Assembly (NCBI GenBank): GCA_963774935.1
Contig: CAVZGO010000007.1
Coordinates: 407,861-471,860, forward strand
Length of the DNA: 64,000 nt
Direction: 5' to 3'
Origin: an uncultured Chloroflexia bacterium
GTDB lineage: Bacteria; Chloroflexota; Anaerolineae; Anaerolineales; UBA4823
Shown here: positions 9,143-18,068 of the stretch, in pieces
Layout: each line of letters opens with the position of its first letter
How positions within the stretch are numbered: the stretch's first letter is position 1
Notes under the pieces: generated by a model
The model's input: only the letters and a program-made list of their open reading frames with translations
Databases searched by the model: none
Told to the model about the DNA's origin: nothing
Made by a program: the position numbers and the translations under genes

Positions 9143-11221
9143 ATGCCCTCGGGCCCCTCCACTCCCAGGCCAGAACCACCCACCGGTCAGGCGATTGAGT
9201 CCTTCAGCGACTTGCTTGCCGAATGCCCTGATCTTGATAGCGTCTGTCAAACCGCTCTCAGGTTTTCCCTCGAAACCATCAACCGTCAGGCAGGAGCTCT
9301 GATTGTTCAGTCGCAGCAGGACCGCGAGCCGCTGCTGCTGGTTGAGCACGACTTGCCTCAGGAATGGATCGCCCAGCTCGATGACCCGCAGAGCTTCCTG
9401 CGCAAGGTCGCCTGGAACAAGCTACTTTCCGGGGGCTACCTGATTGGAGACGCCTCCATGCCCGACCTTGCCGCAGCGATTGCGATTCCAGCCCGCGCAG
9501 GTCCGCAGGGCATCTTACTGGCTCGCGGCACACCCTGTTCCCCCGTTGAAATCGACTGGCTGCTCAAGCTCTCTCGCCCAATGGGGCGCGCGCTGCGCAT
9601 GAGCCGCTCAAACCAGATCCACCAGCGCAATACCCAGGGGATTGGCAGCCTTCAAACCAGTTTAAACAACCTGCGAACGGAAGCCAACCTGGAGACCATC
9701 CTGCACCACCTGATACACGCGATCCGTAAGCTGCTGGATGCGGAACAGACAGTCGTCGCTTTGATCGACGACGCCGGTCAATGGATGACACGTCGTGCCA
9801 AAGACCAGGATGATAACTGGCTGATTCAGGTAGATTCACTCCACGGTGCGGGTTTACTGCGCGAGTGCATCCTGAACAACCAATCCATGCGAGTAAACCA
9901 GGTCGCCCAGGATGCACGTTTCAACCCTGCCTGCGATGCCCTGCCGGGCGAGTTTGTGAATTCACTGCTCTGTGTCCCCTTGAAGGTAGATGACCTTGTT
10001 TTAGGTGCTATCCTCGCAACCAATAAACGCTCCGCTGAGTTCAGCACCAGCGATCAGGACCTGTTAACCCTGGTCAGCGGTGTATCTGCTTCCACAATTC
10101 AGGGCGCGCGGCTGCTCCAGCAATTACGCATAGCAGAGGCAGACCGTGAAGCCAACCGTTGGGAGCTGGCACATTTTCGCCGCACCCTTCAGGCTTTGAT
10201 GGAAAATATTCCAGCCTGTGTTTATATCGTTGACTCTGCCCTGCAACTAACTTATCTGAATCCCATCGCCGCTGCCCGCTCAGGCCAACCATCTGGACAG
10301 TTTCTGGGCAAGCCCTGCTATGAAGCTATGTATCAGCGCCAGGAACCCTGCCCAGAATGCAAAATCACCGAATCGCTTGCCACAGGGGCTGCCACCTACC
10401 GCACCACCAGTCGCCCCCACGCTCTGGACGATAATACTGAATGGGAGATCTACAGTTACCCCATCCTGGATGAGACCAACCAGGTCAGGCAGGTCATCCT
10501 GTTTGAGCAGGATGTCAGCGACAAGACCCAGCTCGAATCGGTCTTAATTCAATCCAGTAAGCTGGAGGCGCTAGGGAAAATGACCGCCAGCGTAGCCCAC
10601 GAAATTAATAACCCTCTGACGGTGATCATTGCCAATGCACAAATTTTACAGCGTGAGCTTCCCGCCGGCGATGAACGCCTCGAGTTGGTCGATCTGATCT
10701 CCATGGCAGGTGCACGCGCGGCTCAGGTGGTGCGGAACCTGCTGGATTTCGCGCGCAAAGAACAGCCTCAGCACACCCTCACCAACATCAACGAAACGCT
10801 ACGCCACTCGCTTGTTTTGGTTCAGCACGAGCTGGCCACCCATGGTATCACCCTGGAATTCACCCCTGACGACCAGATCCCATCGATCCTCGCCAACGGC
10901 GACAGCTTGCAAGGCGTATGGGTTAACCTGCTGCTGAACGCAGTTGAATCAATCGATAAGTCCCCCGGAATTTTGCGCGTTTCTACCCAATATGTCGACG
11001 AGGAGATTCACATAACTATTGCGGATAATGGTCGCGGCATCCCAACTGAACGACTGCAGCGTATCTTTGAGCCATTCTATACCACCAAGTCACCTGGGCG
11101 TGGCACAGGATTGGGTCTTTCAGTGTCAAATCGCATTGTTCAACAGCACAACGGGCGCATTCTCGTCCAAAGCCAGGTAGGCAGCGGCACGGAATTTACC
11201 GTCCTCCTGCCGGTCCGCTAA
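9143..11221 (+). CDS. Sensor histidine kinase with GAF and PAS domains
   Basis: The GAF-like region is VALIDDAGQW...LCVPLKVDDLVLGAILATNKR, and the PAS segment is VYIVDSALQLTYLNPIAA. The H-box is ASVAHEINNPLT and the HATPase motifs are DNGRGIP and GRGTGLGLS. I prefer the ATG at 9143 (MPSGPST); the track start at 9053 overlaps the upstream regulator. Confidence 0.85.
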   Translation: MPSGPSTPRPEPPTGQAIESFSDLLAECPDLDSVCQTALRFSLETINRQAGALIVQSQQDREPLLLVEHDLPQEWIAQLDDPQSFLRKVAWNKLLSGGYLIGDASMPDLAAAIAIPARAGPQGILLARGTPCSPVEIDWLLKLSRPMGRALRMSRSNQIHQRNTQGIGSLQTSLNNLRTEANLETILHHLIHAIRKLLDAEQTVVALIDDAGQWMTRRAKDQDDNWLIQVDSLHGAGLLRECILNNQSMRVNQVAQDARFNPACDALPGEFVNSLLCVPLKVDDLVLGAILATNKRSAEFSTSDQDLLTLVSGVSASTIQGARLLQQLRIAEADREANRWELAHFRRTLQALMENIPACVYIVDSALQLTYLNPIAAARSGQPSGQFLGKPCYEAMYQRQEPCPECKITESLATGAATYRTTSRPHALDDNTEWEIYSYPILDETNQVRQVILFEQDVSDKTQLESVLIQSSKLEALGKMTASVAHEINNPLTVIIANAQILQRELPAGDERLELVDLISMAGARAAQVVRNLLDFARKEQPQHTLTNINETLRHSLVLVQHELATHGITLEFTPDDQIPSILANGDSLQGVWVNLLLNAVESIDKSPGILRVSTQYVDEEIHITIADNGRGIPTERLQRIFEPFYTTKSPGRGTGLGLSVSNRIVQQHNGRILVQSQVGSGTEFTVLLPVR

Positions 11222-11897
11222 CCCACTCACCCGATTCAATCCGCTCCAACAGCTCCACGAGCCGCACCTGCGCCAGCGAACTCAGCCGCAAATCTGCCTG
11301 GTCGAGTGCCAGGTTGTGCGTCATCACTGTCGGCACCGCCACAACATACAAACCCGCTCGTTTAGCCGCCAGGACGCCGTTTAGCGAATCCTCAAAGACC
11401 ACCGCCTGACTGGCATCCAGTCCCAGGCAATCTAGCGCTTTCAAGAACAATTCAGGATCTGGCTTGGTATGGGACACGTCATCTTCTGCCACAATGCAAT
11501 CAAAGTAATCCATGAGCACTAAGCGTTCCAGGTGACCGGTCACCCAACTGCACGGCGAGCTGGATGCGATGGCTATTTTCAACCCCATCTGCCGCGCATC
11601 ATCCAACATCTCCCGCACGCCTGGTAAAGGCGCCAGGCTATACACCACATCCAGCTCACGTTTGCGCCGCACCGGCTCCAGCTCACCCCAATTCAAATTT
11701 CTGCCTACCAGGCGTTCCAGCTCCTTTGCCGGATCAAACAACGCATCCGCATTTGACGTCCCAATGATCGCCTGCCAGACATCCAGCGTAAGCTGGCATC
11801 CGTAATCACGATACAACTCCTGCCAGGATATAAAAATGGGCTCTTCCGTCTCCAGAATTAACCCATCGAAGTCGAAAATCAATCCCTGAATGGACAT
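11196..11897 (-). CDS. HAD-superfamily hydrolase (beta-phosphoglucomutase/phosphatase-like, subfamily IA)
   Basis: Motif I is LIFDFDGLILETE, motif II is AIASSS, and motif IV is VFEDSLNGVLAAKRAG. Confidence 0.8.
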   Translation of the reverse strand: MSIQGLIFDFDGLILETEEPIFISWQELYRDYGCQLTLDVWQAIIGTSNADALFDPAKELERLVGRNLNWGELEPVRRKRELDVVYSLAPLPGVREMLDDARQMGLKIAIASSSPCSWVTGHLERLVLMDYFDCIVAEDDVSHTKPDPELFLKALDCLGLDASQAVVFEDSLNGVLAAKRAGLYVVAVPTVMTHNLALDQADLRLSSLAQVRLVELLERIESGEWVSGPAGGR

Positions 11898-11901
11898 TCA
11901 G

Positions 11902-12417
11902 CTAGCTCTTCCTGCCTATAAAACGTTGCACCAGCAGCCACACACCCAGCGCAATCAACAGCACTGGCCAATATGCGCCAAACTGCTCCATGCCGCCCAG
12001 CAGCCAGCCAAAGAAGAAGAACATGCTCAGGCTGATCAGAATCAGCAGCAAGCCGTCCTTTAGCTTGCTGAGAAACTCGCCCCCCAGTACCCCAGAAAGG
12101 ATGATCCCGGCTCCAACGAATCCCGGAATCAAAGCCCAGGCATATACCCAGGTATCCCAGCGTCCGGTGACCTGCTGCAGGTATAGCAGCATACCCAGAC
12201 CACCCACCACCGAGGCTGGCACCGCCAGGTCAGGCTCGCCGATGACTACACCCAGGAAGAGCAGTGCGATCCCCACCCCCACGATGATCAGCGGCCAGGA
12301 GAATTCCACCGGCGCCCAGAAGCGCAGCGCTGGGAAGAATTGCGCGGCCAGGAAATATCCTCCCATCAGGATCAACAAAAGCCCTCCAACCAGTCCTGTT
12401 CGTTGTCTACGGCTCAT
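11902..12417 (-). CDS. Small multi-pass membrane protein of unknown function
   Basis: The protein is 171 aa and almost entirely hydrophobic helices (LLLILMGGYFLAAQFF..., LIIVGVGIALLFLGVVIG...). GC-rich codon usage is consistent with the host. Confidence 0.6.
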   Translation of the reverse strand: MSRRQRTGLVGGLLLILMGGYFLAAQFFPALRFWAPVEFSWPLIIVGVGIALLFLGVVIGEPDLAVPASVVGGLGMLLYLQQVTGRWDTWVYAWALIPGFVGAGIILSGVLGGEFLSKLKDGLLLILISLSMFFFFGWLLGGMEQFGAYWPVLLIALGVWLLVQRFIGRKS

Positions 12418-12553
12418 ACTTCCTCCTCAGATAATCAATATTTCTTAAACTTTCACCCGAGATTATAATTTATCCCGAAAATAATCTGCCGTAAATATAA
12501 AAACAAGCTTCGCCTGATTTTATATTCGGTGGTAAAATAGCTTTCGCTTGCTC

Positions 12554-12630
12554 GCCCCAGTAGCTCAGTGGATTAGAGCACTTGCTTGCGGAGCAAGGGG
12601 TCGCGTGTTCGAGTCGCGCCTGGGGCACCA
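12554..12630 (+). tRNA. tRNA-Arg, anticodon GCG (CCA encoded)
   Basis: Hand-folded cloverleaf. Acceptor stem gccccag/ctggggc. D arm gctc-agtggatta-gagc. Anticodon arm cttgc-TTGCGGA-gcaag. Variable loop gggtc. T arm gcgtg-ttcgagt-cgcgc. Discriminator A followed by CCA. Confidence 0.85.
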
Positions 12631-12637
12631 CCATCCA

Positions 12638-12675
12638 CCCCTTACCGGTCTTTTACCGTCCGGTGAGGGGTTTTT
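12638..12675 (+). terminator. Intrinsic terminator after the tRNA
   Basis: An 11-bp stem ccccttaccgg / ccggtgagggg (one G.U pair) with an 11-nt loop is followed by ttttt (12671-12675). Confidence 0.6.
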
Positions 12676-12688
12676 CCTGAGTGTAACT

Positions 12689-13489
12689 ATGCCAGAACCT
12701 CAAATCCTGCTCACCAACGACGACGGCATCCAATCCCCCGGTCTTTGGGCTGCCGCAGCCGCCCTCTCGACCATCGGCTTTGTGCATGTCGTTGCCCCGC
12801 GCGACCAGTGGTCCGGCGCCGGGCGCAGCCTGCCCGGCACCACCGATGGCGTCATCCGCCCGGAGACCGTCCTGGTAAACGGTAAAAGCTGGCAGGTCTA
12901 TGCTGCCGGCGCCACCCCCGCCCAGGCTGTGCTCTATGCCGTGCTGGAGATTCTGCCCCAGCACCCCGACCTGGTCGTTTCTGGTATCAACTACGGCGAA
13001 AACGCCGGTTCCGGCGTCACCATCTCCGGCACCGTTGGCGCCGCCCTGGAAGCCGCCGCCGAAGGCATCCCTGCCCTGGCAGTCTCCCTGCAGACCGACA
13101 TCGAGCACCACCGCTCCTACTCCGACCAGGTCGATTTCTCGACCGCCGGCTACTTCACCGCCCTGTTTGCCCGCCGAATGCTCAAGGGCGCCATGCCCCC
13201 GGATGTCGATGTTTTGAAAATCGATCTCCCCTGGGATGCCACCCCCCAGACCCCCTGGCGGGTCACCCGCCTTTCGCGCCAGCGCTACTACCAGCCCACT
13301 GCGCCCGATCGCTCTGCCACCACCATCCCTGCCCCACTCGGCTACTACCTCTCCTACGACCCGGCGCTCGATCCGCCCGATTCCGATATCTACACCCTGC
13401 TGGTGCACCGCGAAGTCTCCGTCACCCCCCTCAGCCTGGACATCACCTCCCGCACCGACCTCGCCGCCCTGGCTTCCCTCTTAAAATAA
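12689..13489 (+). CDS. surE: 5'/3'-nucleotidase SurE
   Basis: MPEPQILLTNDDGIQSPGLWAAAAAL...VVAPRDQWSGAGRS is the SurE signature. The track ORF start at 12548 reads through the tRNA and is rejected. The ATG is at 12689. Confidence 0.9.
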   Translation: MPEPQILLTNDDGIQSPGLWAAAAALSTIGFVHVVAPRDQWSGAGRSLPGTTDGVIRPETVLVNGKSWQVYAAGATPAQAVLYAVLEILPQHPDLVVSGINYGENAGSGVTISGTVGAALEAAAEGIPALAVSLQTDIEHHRSYSDQVDFSTAGYFTALFARRMLKGAMPPDVDVLKIDLPWDATPQTPWRVTRLSRQRYYQPTAPDRSATTIPAPLGYYLSYDPALDPPDSDIYTLLVHREVSVTPLSLDITSRTDLAALASLLK

Positions 13490-13507
13490 TCACTGACAAT
13501 TTCTTCC

Positions 13508-14284
13508 CTATATGTGCTGAAATTCAGCAACCATTTCATCATAAATCCCGGCGCCCGCTGCCAGAATCGTAATCGGCGGCTGTAAAAAATCGGCCTCCCC
13601 CGCCAGGTTGGTCACGACAGCACCCGCTTCCCTGGCAATCAAGCCGCCCGCTGCCACATCGTACGCGTGCACGTGCTGCTCCCAGTAGCCGTCCAGCCGC
13701 CCACAAGCTACGTAGCACAGGTCGATGGCAGCCGAACCCAACCGGCGCACACCCTGGCAGCGCTGTGAAAAATGCGCGTACTCCTTCAGGTTGTTATCCG
13801 TCCGGCTGGCGATATCATACGGAAACCCTGTCACGAGCAAGCTCCGTCGCAGGTTGTCCACTCCCGAAGCCTGGATCGACCTGCCGTTGAGCGTTGCCCC
13901 CTGCCCCACCTGCGCGCAGAAGCACTCCTCCAACACCGGTGCGTACACCGCCCCCAGCCGTAGATGTCCATTCTCGGCATAAGCAATCGACACCGAGAAC
14001 AGGGGTACTCCATGAGCGAAGTTCACCGTCCCGTCCAGTGGATCGATATACCAGACGCTGCTATCCTCCCCATCCAGCCCCCCGGACTCCTCCGAAACCA
14101 CCCGCTGCCCGGGGAAGCGCCGCTGGATCTCGTCCAAGAGGAACGCCTCCGAGCGATGGTCGTATTCTGTCACCAGTTCAATCTCGTCTTTGTAGCGCAT
14201 CTGCATCTGCGCTCCCACCCCCTGGCGTAAAATTTCCCCAGCCCGCCGGGCCAGGGACTCCAGATCTGCCAATGTCGGGCTCAT
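13508..14284 (-). CDS. suhB: Inositol monophosphatase family protein (SuhB-like)
   Basis: The motifs VVSEESGG and WYIDPLDGTVNFAHGVPLFSVSIA are present. The ATG at 14284 is preceded by the SD caggaggg; the track start at 14356 is less likely. Confidence 0.85.
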   Translation of the reverse strand: MSPTLADLESLARRAGEILRQGVGAQMQMRYKDEIELVTEYDHRSEAFLLDEIQRRFPGQRVVSEESGGLDGEDSSVWYIDPLDGTVNFAHGVPLFSVSIAYAENGHLRLGAVYAPVLEECFCAQVGQGATLNGRSIQASGVDNLRRSLLVTGFPYDIASRTDNNLKEYAHFSQRCQGVRRLGSAAIDLCYVACGRLDGYWEQHVHAYDVAAGGLIAREAGAVVTNLAGEADFLQPPITILAAGAGIYDEMVAEFQHI

Positions 14285-14389
14285 TCGCCCTCCTGTCTTT
14301 TTCGCTTTTCTTCGGGTTGCCTGATGGGATTGCTCCGCATCGCCATCAGGGTACATGCTGCCTCGTGGGTTCTTAACCCAAGGGTTTCT

Positions 14390-15658
14390 TTACACCCTAT
14401 ATACGCGCCCCTTCTTGATCACCGACTGGACCAGATTCGCCCCAAAGCGGTAGCCCAGGTGGCGGTAATCTGCCTCCGTTAAAATCAGCAAATCCGCCTG
14501 CTTGCCCACCTCGATCGAGCCGATCTGCTCCGCCCGTCCGATCGCTGCCGCCGCGTTAATCGTCGCCGCCGCGATCGCCTGCGCCGGGGTCAGGCGCATA
14601 TAGCGGCATGCCAGTGCAATCGCAAACTGCATATTCTCGCACCACGCCGTGCCCGGGTTTAAATCGCTGGCGATCGCCAGCAGCCCGCCCGCCTCCAGAA
14701 TCGCCCGTGCCGGGGTGTACTCCCGCTCCGCCAACCCAAAAGGCGTGCACGGCAGCCCCACCGCCACCGTCTCCGACCCTGCCAGCGCCCGGATGTCCTC
14801 CGCCGAGGTCTTCACCAGGTGGTCCGCCGAAACCGCTCCCAGCTCCGCCGCCAGGCTGGCTCCCCCCAGGTTATCAAACTCATCCGCATGGATCTTCAGT
14901 GGAAAGCCCAGCTCTTTTGCCTTGCTCAGGATGCGCCGCGACTGCTCCAGCGTGAACGCCCCTGTCTCGCAGAACACATCCACAAACGGCAGCTCGTGGT
15001 ATGGCACCTGCGCCGCCCACCACTCCGCCAGCACCGGCAGCATCGTCTCGCAAATCTCCTGTGTGTACTCGTCCGGTCGCTCGCGGTACTCCGGGGCAAT
15101 GGCGTGCGCCCCCAGGAAAGTCGGTGCAATCTCCAGCGGTCCTTCCCGGTCCAGGGCGAGCAGCGCCTGCAGCATGCGCAGCTCAACCGCCGTGCGCAGC
15201 CCGTAGCCGCTCTTCACCTCCGCTGTGGTTGTGCCGTAGTTGAACATGCTCCACAGCCGCGGCCGCGTCTCTGCCATCAGCCGCTCCAGCGAGCTGGTGC
15301 GCACCGCCCGCACCGTCGATAAAATTCCCCCGCCCCCTGCCAGGATCTCCAGGTAAGTCTTGCCCTGCAGGCGCATCTCGAACTCTGCCGCCCGGTCGCC
15401 CGCCCAGATGGCGTGCGTGTGCGGATCGACAAAGCCCGGCATCAGCACCTTGCCGCCCGCGTCCAGCGCCGGCGCCTGTGGGTAAGCCGCCCGCAGCTCC
15501 GCCGTCGTCCCCACCGCCGCAATCTGCTCCCCTTCCAGCAGCACCGCCCCATCCTCGATAATCCCCAGGCGGCCCAAATCCGCGCCGCGCTGCGGCCCAC
15601 CAGCCAGTGTCAGCAGTTGAGAAGCAGAATGAATTAACATCACCTCAGATTCTACCAA
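14390..15658 (-). CDS. hutI: Imidazolonepropionase
   Basis: GFVDPHTHAIWAGDRAAEFEMRLQGKTYLEILAGGGGILSTVRAVR and ...KIHADEF... are HutI/amidohydrolase signatures. The start is either TTG at 15658 or ATG at 15640. Confidence 0.9.
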   Translation of the reverse strand: MVESEVMLIHSASQLLTLAGGPQRGADLGRLGIIEDGAVLLEGEQIAAVGTTAELRAAYPQAPALDAGGKVLMPGFVDPHTHAIWAGDRAAEFEMRLQGKTYLEILAGGGGILSTVRAVRTSSLERLMAETRPRLWSMFNYGTTTAEVKSGYGLRTAVELRMLQALLALDREGPLEIAPTFLGAHAIAPEYRERPDEYTQEICETMLPVLAEWWAAQVPYHELPFVDVFCETGAFTLEQSRRILSKAKELGFPLKIHADEFDNLGGASLAAELGAVSADHLVKTSAEDIRALAGSETVAVGLPCTPFGLAEREYTPARAILEAGGLLAIASDLNPGTAWCENMQFAIALACRYMRLTPAQAIAAATINAAAAIGRAEQIGSIEVGKQADLLILTEADYRHLGYRFGANLVQSVIKKGRVYRV

Positions 15659-15690
15659 AACTTATCGGATTTTGTTGCTGCGTCAACAGA

Positions 15691-17355
15691 TCATGGTTCC
15701 TGATACCCATTCCGAAGGAAACTTCCCCTCCCCGTTCCCCAGAGGATCCGCGCCTGGCTCGTGCCCGGCAGGTCGTAGACCACCGCGCCTGAATGCGCCG
15801 TCAGCAGCACCACCTCCAGGTCGGCGTCCAGGTCGATGTTCGCCAGCGTCGGCGCCGCCAGCGCCCCGTTCCAGTCTCCCGGGTATGCCGCTGGCAGCTC
15901 GACCTCCGCCAGCCGCCTGCCCAGGCTGTCCAGAATGTGCAGCTTGCCCGTCTTCTGGCTGCCCTTCTGCGTCCACGACGCGAAGATGACTTCCGCATCG
16001 CCATCGTTGTCCAGGTCTGCCACCACCGGCTCCGAGGCGAAGCGCAGGATGCCCTCCGCCGGGTCCGTCACCGCGTAAGGCCAGTCGCCTTTCTCCGTCT
16101 TATCCAGCCAGTAAGCGTGCAACCGCCCATCGTAAGACGGGAACAGGATTTCCAGCCTCCCGTCGCCGTCCAGGTCAGCCGGCACCGGGTTGGGCACCGC
16201 TGTCTCGATCAGGTTGTAATCCTCGCTCAAAGGCGCTGCCGCCCCATCCGGCGTGGGGAGGACCGTCCAATCGTAGCCCGACGCCGCCCAGCGGCTGCGG
16301 TCGGCGTTGAAGATAAATACCATCTGGTACAGGCTGGTGTACGGGTCTGTGCCGCAGTTGTACACATTCCCCACCACCACGATCTCCCGGGCGCCGTTCC
16401 CATCCAGGTCCACCAGGACCGGCGCTGAATCAGCAAAGTTCGGGCGGTGCTCGCTCCCGCAGTTGGCATAGCCGCGCAGGTCTACTGCGTGGTCCACGTG
16501 CACCCCCACCTGGCTCCAGACTTTTGGGCCAACTGGATTAAAGCCGTTGTACATCGCGTTTGCCGGGAGCTGGTTCCCACTCCGGTCCAGTGCCGTGATG
16601 TAGTGTGTGTCCGTCGGACCGATAATCTCCTTGAAGCCGTCCCCATCCAGGTCGCCCACCGCCGCGTTCTGGTTGTACATCCCCCAGCCGTAGCCCGGGT
16701 CGCCGTCCCGCCGCGCCGGCCAACCCGCCCGCACCGAGCCATCCGGCTCGTAAACGCTGAGCTGCTTCGTCGCCCCGCCGCTTGCCCTGCCCACGATGAT
16801 CTCCACCAGCCCGTCATCCTCCAGGTCCGCCAGCGCCAGGGTGCGGATCTCCCCCGCCCCAAACGGGCTGCGCTGCCAGTCGATCCCACCCGCACTGTTG
16901 TAAACCGTCAGCAGGTCCCCGCCGCGCCCGGCAACGATCTCCAGGTCGCCGTCGCCCTCCAGGTCTCCCACCCCGATCCCCGGCCAGACCCGGCTGCTGT
17001 TCTCCGCCCGCCATTCCAAAGCCCCCGTCTCCCCATCCAGCGCTGCCAGGTCATACGTCCCTGCCAGCACCTCCATCTGCGGGTCGCCGTCGATGTTAGC
17101 CACAGCCGGGGAAGAGTACCAGCCCGTCTCGCACCACGAGGCGTAGCACCCGCCGCGCTGCCATTTCAGCACCGGCGGTTGGAGACCGGTGAAGATCATC
17201 GGCAGGTAGATCGTCGAGCCGGAAGTGGGGGATAACGGTATGGCCTGGGCCGAGGGAAATATGGGACCTGGTAGAGCTGCAATTAGAATCGCCAGGAACA
17301 TTGATCGCAGTACAAACCGCAGAGCAGATTTTTTATGGAGGTAGGAAGCTACCAT
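15691..17355 (-). CDS. Secreted FG-GAP/VCBS-repeat protein (beta-propeller type)
   Basis: The protein has a signal peptide (MFLAILIAALPGPIFPSAQA). It carries repeated D-x-D-G-D Ca-binding/FG-GAP motifs: ANIDGDPQMEVL, GDLEGDGDLEIV, ADLEDDGLVEII, GDLDGDGFKEII, VDLDGNGAREIV, ADLDGDGRLEIL and ADLDNDGDAEVI. Confidence 0.78.
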   Translation of the reverse strand: MVASYLHKKSALRFVLRSMFLAILIAALPGPIFPSAQAIPLSPTSGSTIYLPMIFTGLQPPVLKWQRGGCYASWCETGWYSSPAVANIDGDPQMEVLAGTYDLAALDGETGALEWRAENSSRVWPGIGVGDLEGDGDLEIVAGRGGDLLTVYNSAGGIDWQRSPFGAGEIRTLALADLEDDGLVEIIVGRASGGATKQLSVYEPDGSVRAGWPARRDGDPGYGWGMYNQNAAVGDLDGDGFKEIIGPTDTHYITALDRSGNQLPANAMYNGFNPVGPKVWSQVGVHVDHAVDLRGYANCGSEHRPNFADSAPVLVDLDGNGAREIVVVGNVYNCGTDPYTSLYQMVFIFNADRSRWAASGYDWTVLPTPDGAAAPLSEDYNLIETAVPNPVPADLDGDGRLEILFPSYDGRLHAYWLDKTEKGDWPYAVTDPAEGILRFASEPVVADLDNDGDAEVIFASWTQKGSQKTGKLHILDSLGRRLAEVELPAAYPGDWNGALAAPTLANIDLDADLEVVLLTAHSGAVVYDLPGTSQARILWGTGRGSFLRNGYQEP

Positions 17356-17380
17356 TAAGAAATTCCTGATAAATTGTTGT

Positions 17381-18068
17381 TGTCAATCTAAAAACCGACC
17401 ACCTTTGGGCGACCGTTCGAAATGAAAGACGAGAACAGGCATCTCTGGTAAGGTCCGGTTCCTGTCTCGGTTTGGGGGTAAGGTAATTGTAATCCAAGAC
17501 GTTGGCCTCCATCAGGCTTTTTGCCCTTCCAACATGCCCTGGCGAAAGAGGAACTACTCGCCCACCAGCTCTAGAATATGAGCATGGTGTGTAAGGATTG
17601 AATTCCAGCGGCAAGTCGGCTTCCCTTCGTCTGCGTTTTCGCCGCTCTTGGCTGACAAAATTGTGCACCGAACCGGCACTCCCCGGGTAGCCTTCGCTGC
17701 CTTGAATTTCGTACATGCGATAGGCGGTATAGCGCTGCTTGAGATGTAGTTGATCGCTCTCGTCCAGCAATTCAAGTATTCGTTGTTTGTAAGGTCCAAG
17801 TACCAGCTCAGCTCGTGGCTGTTTGAGTGTGTACGGCTCTGGCGCCGGATTCTGTGATTGCTTTTCGGATCGTCTCTCGATCAAAGCCTAACTTCCGATG
17901 GATGGCTCTCCTCCGTGTTTGTCGGGGAAGAATGCCACAATTCTCAAAGATTAACCAGTTACGTTTCGCTTTTCAGATTCCGATGGATGTCAGCCACCGA
18001 TTCCGATCTACCACCAAAAAGTGGCCGACATCGTCCGGAATCGCTGGCCGGTTTCTTCCGGATTCACA
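17381..18068 (-). mobile_element. Internally deleted, frameshifted IS21-family element (istA N-terminus fused to istB C-terminal tail) with imperfect terminal inverted repeats
   Basis: The reverse strand carries an IstA HTH (RRAIHRKLGFDRETIRKAI) and then LGPYKQRILELL...GYPGSAGSVHNFVSQERR. This jumps to an IstB-type tail (LTHHAHILELVGE-). The ends are 17381 TGTCAATCTAAAAACCGACCAC and, on the reverse complement at 18068, TGTGAATCCGGAAGAAACCGGCCAG. Several ATCGGAAT/TCCGGA sub-terminal repeats are present. Confidence 0.55.

Noticed and set aside
12548-12688. N-terminal extension of the surE ORF (track start 12548)
   Set aside because: The extension reads straight through a well-formed tRNA-Arg and its terminator hairpin. 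The SurE signature begins right after the ATG at 12689.
12653-13408. 251-aa minus-strand ORF, plus several 80-105-aa ORFs, inside surE
   Set aside because: These are Gly/Arg/Ala-rich translations typical of the antisense and off-frames of high-GC genes, and the sense strand encodes a complete SurE.
14556-17235. Many 60-262-aa ORFs on the opposite strand or in off-frames of hutI and the FG-GAP gene (e.g. 14649..15206, 15793..16428, 16447..17235)
   Set aside because: Their Pro/Arg/Ala-rich low-complexity products fully overlap strongly supported genes, which is a GC-driven lack of stops.
17333-17884. 183-aa ORF treated as a real gene
   Set aside because: It is only the longest open frame through a decayed IS21 remnant. 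IstA-like sequence switches frame upstream (the HTH is at ~17890-17960) and an IstB tail appears in another frame. The ORF also overlaps the FG-GAP gene start.
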